From Candidatus Omnitrophota bacterium (lineage in GTDB: Bacteria > Omnitrophota > Gorgyraeia > 2-01-FULL-45-10): 32,000 nt of DNA. The translations under genes were made by a program, and so were the position numbers. The notes below the pieces were generated by a model, which did not search any database, was not told the origin of the DNA, and was given only the letters and a program-made list of their open reading frames with translations. Positions within the stretch are counted from its first letter, which is position 1; each line of letters opens with the position of its first letter. The DNA lies in contig JAMWCX010000001.1 of NCBI GenBank assembly GCA_023818895.1, positions 90,001 through 122,000 on the forward strand, read 5' to 3'. Below are positions 1 through 6,597 of the stretch, piece by piece.

Positions 1-300
1 GGTAAGGCCAGAAAAGATAAAAACGTTCGGAATTTTAAAAATCTTTTGATGCGATCACTCGCCATCCGCAGGGCTGGTTCAGCGGCGCTGGACTTATGCT
101 ATGTTGCTTGCGGAAGGTTTGACGGTTTTTGGGAGATGTATCTCCAGCCGTGGGATAGCGCGGCCGGCGCTATTATCGTTGAAGAAGCCGATGGAATGGC
201 AACTAAGTTTGACGGTTCTAAATTCTTTCCATACCATAAAAATATTCTCGCCACTAATGGACTAATTCATCGTCAGATGTCTCGTCTTCTTAGATACTAA
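1..300 (+). CDS. Inositol monophosphatase (IMPase/SuhB) family protein, C-terminal fragment; the 5' end lies outside the window
   Basis: Frame 1 is open from base 1 to the stop at 298-300. The translation carries the IMPase C-terminal region SAALDLCYVACGRFDGFWE...PWDSAAGAIIVEEADG (WD-x-AAG signature). Confidence 0.8.
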   Translation, partial: GKARKDKNVRNFKNLLMRSLAIRRAGSAALDLCYVACGRFDGFWEMYLQPWDSAAGAIIVEEADGMATKFDGSKFFPYHKNILATNGLIHRQMSRLLRY

Positions 301-357
301 GGATATCAAATATATCATTATATTTTGTTAGGATATAAAATAGTTAAATATTTACTA

Positions 358-386
358 TTGACACTCTTAACGATTTGATATATACT
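358..386 (+). promoter_or_regulatory. Sigma70-type promoter for the 417..770 gene
   Basis: TTGACA (358-363), 17-nt spacer, TATACT (381-386); the ATG follows at 417. Confidence 0.6.
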
Positions 387-416
387 TTAACCTGTTGAAA
401 TTAGAAAAAGAAAGCT

Positions 417-770
417 ATGAAATATAAAACTATTATTAAAATAACATCTGAGGCGCGAGATAAGAACGAGGCGATTGAGATCGTCGACGATTATCTTGCG
501 GGAAACATACGGACTGGTGTTGATATGAAGTGTGCTACCAAGCCTGAGTGTAATTCCGTTAAGATAACCTGTGCGATAGCGATTTGTCTTGTGATTTTAT
601 GGGCGATAGTCGTGCCTACCCAATTGAATACCACGCAAAGCCAAACTCAAAGTTCTCCGGCTTTCAGCGCAGTACAACCGCCGCTTAACACAGAGAGGGC
701 GAACCCTGATTTCAAGAAGCGATGGGAAGAGCGCCGAATCAGAGAGACTCCTCGTAATATCAGGGGATAG
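417..770 (+). CDS. Hypothetical small membrane protein (charged N-terminal domain, one TM helix, S/T/Q-rich tail)
   Basis: 117-aa ORF directly downstream of a consensus promoter. It has a single hydrophobic stretch, ITCAIAICLVILWAIVV. I recognise no family. Confidence 0.45.
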   Translation: MKYKTIIKITSEARDKNEAIEIVDDYLAGNIRTGVDMKCATKPECNSVKITCAIAICLVILWAIVVPTQLNTTQSQTQSSPAFSAVQPPLNTERANPDFKKRWEERRIRETPRNIRG

Positions 771-809
771 AAAGCGCAATCCGAATAAATCATCCGCATC
801 TTATTTGCC

Positions 810-837
810 TTGCAAATTCCAGCCTTTGTTGTATACT
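810..837 (+). promoter_or_regulatory. Sigma70-type promoter for glycine-zipper gene A
   Basis: TTGCAA (810-815), 16-nt spacer, TATACT (832-837). An AAAGGAG Shine-Dalgarno sequence precedes the ATG at 874. Confidence 0.55.
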
Positions 838-873
838 TAGATTCGAAGATTAAGTTAAAAAGGAGAATGGCGT

Positions 874-1344
874 ATGAGGATATTTATTTACATTGTAAGT
901 ATGGTGTTGGCGCTGTCGTTTGGTCTGCAACCAGTATTCGCAGGATCTTATGACGATGATGATCAGGATAACGGTGCAGGATCGGTTTTGGGAGGTACTC
1001 TAATGGGCGGGCTTCTTGGAGGCGGCCTCGGCGCCGCGATCGGAAGCGCCTCAGGCAATGCCGGCAAGGGAGCTCTTATAGGAGCCGGCATTGGAGCGGT
1101 AGGCGGCTCGCTTATGGGCGCCAGTCAGGCTGATCAGAAGAAGAGAGAAAAACAGTACCGCCAGCAAGAAGAGATGTATGAACAGCAGCAGTACGTGCAG
1201 CAACAGCAGTATGTGCGGCAAGCACCAGAGTCTTCTTACGCGGTAGAACAGCTGCCGATAGAGAATGCAAAGATCAAAAAGCGAGTAATACGCCAGTACG
1301 ATGAGCAGGGCAACGTTATATCGGAGAAAGAAGTAGCGCAGTAA
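874..1344 (+). CDS. Secreted glycine-zipper protein (OsmB / 17-kDa-antigen-like Gly-zipper) with a Q/Y-rich region and a conserved C-terminal YD-x2-G motif; paralog A
   Basis: Signal peptide MRIFIYIVSMVLALSFGLQPVFA, an acidic DDDDQD patch, then a GxxxG zipper GGLLGGGLGAAIGSASGNAGKGALIGAGIGAVGGSLMGA. This is followed by QQQYVQQQQYV and a C-terminus KIKKRVIRQYDEQGNVISEKEV. Strong SD. Confidence 0.75.
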   Translation: MRIFIYIVSMVLALSFGLQPVFAGSYDDDDQDNGAGSVLGGTLMGGLLGGGLGAAIGSASGNAGKGALIGAGIGAVGGSLMGASQADQKKREKQYRQQEEMYEQQQYVQQQQYVRQAPESSYAVEQLPIENAKIKKRVIRQYDEQGNVISEKEVAQ

Positions 1345-1377
1345 TAATTCATTAAAGCTATATTCAAGTATATGCAT

Positions 1378-1430
1378 AGGCGGCTTTTTAACAACGGCAG
1401 TTAAATGAGCCGCCTGTTTTATTTTTGTTT
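1378..1430 (+). terminator. Rho-independent terminator after glycine-zipper gene A
   Basis: AGGCGGCT (1378-1385) pairs with AGCCGCCT (1408-1415). There is an inner TTTAAC/GTTAAA helix, and the hairpin is followed by GTTTTATTTTTGTTT. Confidence 0.65.
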
Positions 1431-1444
1431 ATGATGGGACATAT

Positions 1445-2926
1445 ATGATCGTAAAGAAAGAAAACTCTTTTTTAATGGCCTATCTTGAAGATAGCTCAAA
1501 TGTCAAAGGGGGATATGCCGATGAGGTTGTGATCCCTGAGAACATTGACGAGTTATGCGCTTTCTTGAAGGACGCGAACGCAAAAAAAATGCCTGTTACG
1601 ATATCTGGAGGGGGGACTGGAACAACCGGATCGCGAATACCGTTCGGCGGGGCAGTGATATCGCTTGAAAGATTCAATAGGATACTTGCCATAGACTCTG
1701 ACCGCAAGAGCGCATTAGTTCAGAGTGGCGTGATGGTAGACGACCTGAAGAAAGCCTGTGATGAAAAAAAATTATTCTATACTTCCCATCCCACTGAAAA
1801 TACCGCGTCAGTCGGAGGGACGATCGCCACAAACGCTTCAGGGGCAAGGTCCTTTAAATATGGGGCAACTCGAAGGTATGTCAGGACCCTTAAGATGGTT
1901 CTCGCAAACGGAGAGATCCTGGAAATAAGAAGAAATCGGTCCGTTCTTTCGCGTAAAGATTCCCGGATAATCCTACCGGGCGAGAGTGCCATCACCGTGC
2001 CTATTCCTACTTACAGAATGCCGGAAATCAAGACCTCGGCGGGCTATTACGCGAAGGATGGCATGGATCCAATCGATCTTTTCATCGGCCAGGAGGGTAC
2101 GCTCTCAGTCATAGTCGAGATGGAGATAGGTCTTGTCGATAAGCCTTCTAAAATACTAAGCGCGTTTGTATTTTTTGAGACGGAGGAAGATGCCTGGCGC
2201 TTTGCCTGTGAGGCAAGAGACATTTCGCGAAGCGGCAGATCGTTGATAGACGCTTTATCAATCGAATATTTTGACCATAATTCTCTTAGGCTCCTGCGGG
2301 CCCGAGACCGCGATGTCCCTGAAAAGTTCGCAAGCGCCATATTCTTCGAACAGGAGGTGCGTGCCGGCAATAGAGAAGAAGAGGTTCTTGACGCATGGAT
2401 CGAGCTTATCTTGAAGTACAGTCCATCATTGGACAATACCTGGGTCGCTATGAATGAAAAGACTGCCGAAAAGTTCAGTAACTTGCGCCACGCCATCCCT
2501 GAATCCGTCAACGATATCATACGGTCAAGAGGTTTTCAGAAGATCAGCACGGATATCGCTGTCCCCGACGTTGCCAATATCGAGATGATGGGGTTTTATT
2601 CTAAGACGCTTAAGAATGGAGGCCTTGACTACCTAGTATTTGGCCATATAGGAGAAAACCATGTCCACGTGAATATCCTGCCTAAAAATGAGAGGGAGAA
2701 CTTAAGGGCGAAGGAGATGGCTTTGGAGCTCGTCAGAAAAGGAATTGCACTTGGCGGGACCGTATCAGCGGAGCATGGTATCGGAAAGATAAAACACAAG
2801 TATCTTGAGGAGATGTACGGTAAAAACGGCATAATTGAGATGGCGCGGATAAAGAAGGCGTTTGACCCTAATTGCATTCTTGGGCTTGACAACATATTCC
2901 CAAGGGAGGTCTTATACTTGGCATGA
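1445..2926 (+). CDS. FAD-binding oxidoreductase, GlcD / D-lactate dehydrogenase (FAD_binding_4 + FAD-oxidase_C) family
   Basis: 493 aa. FAD-binding region VTISGGGTGTTG...TENTASVGGTIATNASG, and a C-terminal oxidase motif FGHIGENHVHVNI...SAEHGIGKIK. An alternative start at 1475 (MAYLED) cannot be excluded. Confidence 0.8.
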   Translation: MIVKKENSFLMAYLEDSSNVKGGYADEVVIPENIDELCAFLKDANAKKMPVTISGGGTGTTGSRIPFGGAVISLERFNRILAIDSDRKSALVQSGVMVDDLKKACDEKKLFYTSHPTENTASVGGTIATNASGARSFKYGATRRYVRTLKMVLANGEILEIRRNRSVLSRKDSRIILPGESAITVPIPTYRMPEIKTSAGYYAKDGMDPIDLFIGQEGTLSVIVEMEIGLVDKPSKILSAFVFFETEEDAWRFACEARDISRSGRSLIDALSIEYFDHNSLRLLRARDRDVPEKFASAIFFEQEVRAGNREEEVLDAWIELILKYSPSLDNTWVAMNEKTAEKFSNLRHAIPESVNDIIRSRGFQKISTDIAVPDVANIEMMGFYSKTLKNGGLDYLVFGHIGENHVHVNILPKNERENLRAKEMALELVRKGIALGGTVSAEHGIGKIKHKYLEEMYGKNGIIEMARIKKAFDPNCILGLDNIFPREVLYLA

Positions 2927-4200
2927 ACATAGCCATAGCGTATGGTAGAGGTCGGATAAAATTTTCTTTGCCTAAGCGCAGGGTGCTCGGTGTCCTTAAG
3001 AATAAGGTCGCTAGAGGCGATAGTGTAAGAGATTTGACAGTTACGGCGCTTCGCCGCCCTTTAAATGGCGTCTCTTTTGATGATCTTATGGTTGGCAAAA
3101 ACAATATTTTGGTGGCAGTGCCTGATAATACCAGAAGCGCTCATTTGAAAGATATCCTGCCGGTATTATTGAGACGTATAGAATCAAAAGGTCGCGCGAT
3201 TACTATTGTGGCGGCCACAGGTCTGCACAAGTCTCACGACGGGCCAGAACTCCGTAGTCTTGTCGGCAAAGCCATATTCAAAAGTTACAGGGTAAAAAGC
3301 CACACTCAGGATGAGAGATCGCTTATTGATTTTGGCCGCACCTCGAAGGGCGTTCCGGTGGTATTGAATAGGATGGTCAGAGACTGCGATCTTATAATAT
3401 CTGTTGGAGTGATTGAGCCTCATCTCTACGCCGGCTACAGCGGCGGCGCCAAGACCGTGGCGATAGGGCTGGCCGGCAAGGTGACTATAGACCATACGCA
3501 CGGAACCAGATTTCTGGACGATAGGAGCACTAGGATAGCCTCCATCGATGGCAATTTGTTTCAGGATACATTATGGGAGATTGCGGCTAAGACGCCTCTT
3601 GGCTTTTCTGTGAACGTCGTAAATGACCCCGATGGCACGGCAGCGGCTGTATTTGCTGGAAGCCCCAGAGATGTTTTCGAAAAAGGGGTGAAACTCGCGA
3701 AAAAGATTTTTGAAGTGACAGTAGTAAAAGAGGGCGGCATAGTTATATGCGGCATCGGATACCCAAAAGATATAAACCTTTATCAATCTTCCAGGGCTAT
3801 AAATTACGTCGCTAATGTGGACAGGCCCGTTATCAGTAAGGGCGGCGTTATTGTAGTGGCGGCTGAACTTAGGGACGGTATAGGGTTAAGCCAAGCCGAG
3901 AAACTTTTCTACAAGAACTTGTGCGTAATGCGCTCGCCACGGCAGCTTGTTGAAGAGGTCCGCAGGGAAGGATGTGTGGCAGGCAAGCACAGGGCTTATA
4001 TGTTGGCCGCGCCGCTTATGGATTATAAAGTGATATTTGTAACCGCTTCTTCAAAGAAAGGGTTTATGAGGAACCTTCCATTCGAGACTTTTTCTAGCAT
4101 ACGAAAGGCGATTCTAAGAGCGGAGGATATAGTTGGGCGCGACGCTGGCGTATATGTTATACCTAAGGCGCTGGCGACTGTCGCTATAAGGAGAATTTAG
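2923..4200 (+). CDS. larA: LarA-family nickel-pincer-cofactor dependent 2-hydroxyacid racemase/epimerase (lactate racemase-like, DUF2088)
   Basis: 425 aa. Motifs align from memory with L. plantarum LarA: PDNTR (D72/R75), ATGLHK (His108), EPHLYAGYSGGAK (His174, Lys184), DHTHG (His200), GYPKDINLYQ. The start overlaps the upstream stop (ATGA, 2923-2926). Confidence 0.8.
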   Translation: MNIAIAYGRGRIKFSLPKRRVLGVLKNKVARGDSVRDLTVTALRRPLNGVSFDDLMVGKNNILVAVPDNTRSAHLKDILPVLLRRIESKGRAITIVAATGLHKSHDGPELRSLVGKAIFKSYRVKSHTQDERSLIDFGRTSKGVPVVLNRMVRDCDLIISVGVIEPHLYAGYSGGAKTVAIGLAGKVTIDHTHGTRFLDDRSTRIASIDGNLFQDTLWEIAAKTPLGFSVNVVNDPDGTAAAVFAGSPRDVFEKGVKLAKKIFEVTVVKEGGIVICGIGYPKDINLYQSSRAINYVANVDRPVISKGGVIVVAAELRDGIGLSQAEKLFYKNLCVMRSPRQLVEEVRREGCVAGKHRAYMLAAPLMDYKVIFVTASSKKGFMRNLPFETFSSIRKAILRAEDIVGRDAGVYVIPKALATVAIRRI

Positions 4201-4223
4201 ATAAGATGTGGTTTAATTCTTTC

Positions 4224-4252
4224 TTGAAATTTAAGGAACTTTAATGTATATT
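4224..4252 (+). promoter_or_regulatory. Sigma70-type promoter for glycine-zipper gene B
   Basis: TTGAAA (4224-4229), 17-nt spacer, TATATT (4247-4252). A GGGGAGGA SD precedes the ATG at 4286. Confidence 0.55.
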
Positions 4253-4285
4253 TAAGTTGTCTAATATCCACGGGGAGGATAGATT

Positions 4286-4999
4286 ATGAAAGTAAAAATT
4301 ATTTTATCGACTTTACTTATTTTTGTGTGCGCTGTCAGTATCTTCATTTTCCAGTTCGCTTATTGTCAAGACGATGATTCCACAAGAAATATACTCAAGC
4401 AGGGGCTTCTAGGCGCAGGTACAGGCGCCATAGCGGCCAGCGCTTCTGGCGGCAAGGCAGGGCAAGGAGCTCTAATAGGGGCTGGCACAAATGTCATTGG
4501 CGGCGCCTTACTCGATGCGATAACAGGCCCTTCAAGCTCTTCCAGAAGTAGCGCTCCCGCTTATCGTTATTATGACGATTCTGGCGGATATTACTATGAG
4601 GAAGAGCCGCCCCAAGAGTCCAGTACCTCAAAGATAATAAAACAAGGACTGTTAGGCGCAGGTACCGGCGCTCTTGCCTCAGGCATGTCGGGAGGTGACG
4701 CCGGTAAGGGGGCTCTAATAGGGGCTGGCACAAATGTCATTGGCGGCGCCTTGCTTGACGCTATTACTCAGCCTTCCCGACCCAAGAGGGTCTATTACAG
4801 GCCTCCTGCGCAGCAATATCAACCCCAATATCAACCTCAATATCAGCAGCCTTATCAGCAACAATATCAGCCGCAATATCAGCCGCAAAATGTCCAGATA
4901 AAGGAAGAGACTGTTGGCTCTGGCGATGGACGCAAGAAGATAATAAAGAAATACGATTCTAGCGGAAAACTTATTTCAGAGGAAGAGATATATTATTAG
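4286..4999 (+). CDS. Secreted protein with two glycine-zipper modules, a QYQP repeat region and a C-terminal YD-x2-G motif; paralog B
   Basis: Signal/TM segment MKVKIILSTLLIFVCAVSIFIFQFAY followed by DDD. The duplicated module is KQGLLGAGTGA...GKGALIGAGTNVIGGALLDAIT. This is followed by QQYQPQYQPQYQQPYQQQYQPQYQPQ and the C-terminus RKKIIKKYDSSGKLISEEEI. Confidence 0.75.
   Translation: MKVKIILSTLLIFVCAVSIFIFQFAYCQDDDSTRNILKQGLLGAGTGAIAASASGGKAGQGALIGAGTNVIGGALLDAITGPSSSSRSSAPAYRYYDDSGGYYYEEEPPQESSTSKIIKQGLLGAGTGALASGMSGGDAGKGALIGAGTNVIGGALLDAITQPSRPKRVYYRPPAQQYQPQYQPQYQQPYQQQYQPQYQPQNVQIKEETVGSGDGRKKIIKKYDSSGKLISEEEIYY
4388..4774 (+). repeat. Intragenic direct duplication (two ~144-nt copies offset by 243 nt) encoding the two glycine-zipper modules
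   Basis: 4388-4531 versus 4631-4774. The copies share a 41-nt perfectly identical core, 4469-4509 = 4712-4752 (gctctaataggggctggcacaaatgtcattggcggcgcctt), flanked by diverged positions. Confidence 0.9.
4814..4888 (+). repeat. Imperfect 12-nt tandem repeat CAATATCA(A/G)CCN encoding (QYQP)n
   Basis: caatatcaaccc / caatatcaacct / caatatcagcagcct / tatcagcaa / caatatcagccg / caatatcagccg, read directly from the sequence. Confidence 0.85.
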
Positions 5000-5025
5000 G
5001 GCCGACATAGAAAAGAGTCGTTGAC

Positions 5026-5072
5026 CAAAACCTCCGTTATGATACTTCATATCAGAAGGAGGTTTTGTTTTG
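5026..5072 (+). terminator. Rho-independent terminator after glycine-zipper gene B
   Basis: 10-bp stem CAAAACCTCC (5026-5035) / GGAGGTTTTG (5058-5067) with an inner TGATA/TATCA helix. It is followed by TTTTG, a short T-run. Confidence 0.6.
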
Positions 5073-5088
5073 TCGCAGGGATGGCGTG

Positions 5089-5631
5089 ATGAGACGTAAA
5101 AAGATTGGGTATATACAGGCAGTGGCGCTTATCGTAGTATCCGCCTTATACATGGGCGTTAAGTATCTGCCTTTAGGTGGGTGCGCAGCCGCGAGGGAAG
5201 AGTTGCTATATGTCCTGAAGGCGGTGGACGGTGACACGCTGAAACTTTCCGATGGCAGGCGTGTTCGCCTTATCGGGGTGGATACGCCGGAAGTACATTA
5301 CAGCGATAAGCTTGTAAGGGATGCCCGCAAGAGCCGTAAGGATATGAAGCAAATACAATTGCTCGGTCGGAAGGCCTCTGATTTTACCAGGAAGTTGTGC
5401 GAGAACCGGAAGGTCCGGCTCGAGTTTGACGTGACTAAGTACGATCGTTACGGTCGGTTGCTTGCCTACGTATATCTTGAAGATGGCACGTTCGTCAATG
5501 CTAAGATTATAGAGGAAGGTTATGGTCAAGTCATGACCGTACCGCCTAACGTCAAATATACTGATTATTTCCTTAGGCTTGAAAGACAAGCGCGTGAAAA
5601 CCGTAAGGGGTTGTGGGCTGAAAATCCATGA
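5089..5631 (+). CDS. Thermonuclease (staphylococcal nuclease / SNase-like) family protein, membrane-anchored or lipoprotein
   Basis: VDGDTLKL..GRRVRLIGVDTPE...RYGRLLAYVYLEDGTFVNAKIIEEGYG...ARENRKGLWA matches the SNase fold signature. The N-terminus MRRKKIGYIQAVALIVVSALYMGVKYLPLGGC is a signal anchor or possible lipobox. I prefer the ATG at 5089 (AGGGA SD) over the TTG at 5065 given in the track, because 5065 lies inside the terminator stem. Confidence 0.8.
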   Translation: MRRKKIGYIQAVALIVVSALYMGVKYLPLGGCAAAREELLYVLKAVDGDTLKLSDGRRVRLIGVDTPEVHYSDKLVRDARKSRKDMKQIQLLGRKASDFTRKLCENRKVRLEFDVTKYDRYGRLLAYVYLEDGTFVNAKIIEEGYGQVMTVPPNVKYTDYFLRLERQARENRKGLWAENP

Positions 5632-5676
5632 AACCTTGCTTAGGCGCTCTGGTAGCCGAGATATGAGAATAGAGGC

Positions 5677-6597
5677 ATGGAAGATATAAAAATACTCAAG
5701 AACATAGAATTGGCGAATCCGGTTATGATAGCCGGATGGCCCGGCATGGGCACGGTGGCGCTCGGAGTCGTTGACTACCTGCGCAGAAAATTGGGCGCGA
5801 CGAAATTTGCCGAAATAGAACTCGACCCTCTTGCCACTATCGATTCTGTCCTTGTCGAAGACGGAGTGGCCACTATCCCGCCAATCCCAAAGAATATATT
5901 TTATTATGTGAGAAATCCAGATATTATAATACTTGAAGGGGAGGCCCAGCTTTCCGGTCAGGCAGGTTTGGCGCTTTTGGGCAAGGTGCTCGATGTCGCA
6001 GAAAGATTTAAGGTCAGAACCATATATACAGGAGCGGCATTTCCAATGCCTATAAGCCATAGAGAGGACCCAGAAGTCTACGGAGCCGTCAATAGAAGAG
6101 ACCTTCTAGATGTACTTCAGAAATTCGACATAAAGGCTATGGAGGGTGGCCACATATCGGGAATGAATGGTCTGATTCTCGGTCTGGCCAGGCAGAGAAA
6201 TATAGACGCCGTATGCCTTTTGGCCACAATGCCTCAATATGCCATAAGCCTGCCGAATCCCAAGGCGTCCGCTGCTATAATAGATGTTATGCAGAAGATG
6301 TTGAGTTTTGTCGTAAGTCTTGAGGAGTTGTACGAGTACATAAAGGATATGGACGAGAAGATGGCGGTAATAGAGGAAAAGGTGAAGGACGTTCTTACCA
6401 TAGAAAACGAAAAGGAAGCCCAGCCCCCTGCGGACAAGAAGGTTCCCGGCTACATAACCGATAAGATTGAAAGGCTTTTTAAGGAAGCCGAAAAGGATAA
6501 ATCTAAAGCTATTATACTCAAAAGAGAGCTCGACAGGTGGGACCTCTATAAAATATACGAAGACCGTTTTCTGGATCTTTTCAAGGATAGCCAATAA
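5677..6597 (+). CDS. PAC2 (proteasome assembly chaperone 2-like, PbaA/PbaB-type) family protein with a C-terminal coiled-coil extension
   Basis: LANPVMIAGWPGMGTVALGVVDYLRRKLGATKFAEI...IIILEGEAQ...GGHISGMNGLILGLARQRNIDAVCLLATMP resembles archaeal and bacterial PAC2 family members. The last ~90 aa are charged and helical. Confidence 0.65.
   Translation: MEDIKILKNIELANPVMIAGWPGMGTVALGVVDYLRRKLGATKFAEIELDPLATIDSVLVEDGVATIPPIPKNIFYYVRNPDIIILEGEAQLSGQAGLALLGKVLDVAERFKVRTIYTGAAFPMPISHREDPEVYGAVNRRDLLDVLQKFDIKAMEGGHISGMNGLILGLARQRNIDAVCLLATMPQYAISLPNPKASAAIIDVMQKMLSFVVSLEELYEYIKDMDEKMAVIEEKVKDVLTIENEKEAQPPADKKVPGYITDKIERLFKEAEKDKSKAIILKRELDRWDLYKIYEDRFLDLFKDSQ

Noticed and set aside
2047-2520. 157-aa minus-strand ORF, plus other antisense ORFs inside 1445-4200
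   Set aside because: They are antisense to the well-supported FAD-oxidase and LarA genes and carry no motifs.
5206-6060. 284-aa minus-strand ORF, the longest uncalled ORF in the track
   Set aside because: It lies entirely antisense to the thermonuclease and PAC2 genes, both of which have clear family signatures. Its translation has no recognisable motif and an odd composition. It is a shadow ORF.
6106-6594. 162-aa minus-strand ORF, together with the nested 6234..6437 ORF
   Set aside because: It is antisense to the 3' half of the PAC2 gene. It arises from the AT-rich coiled-coil coding region and has no family resemblance.
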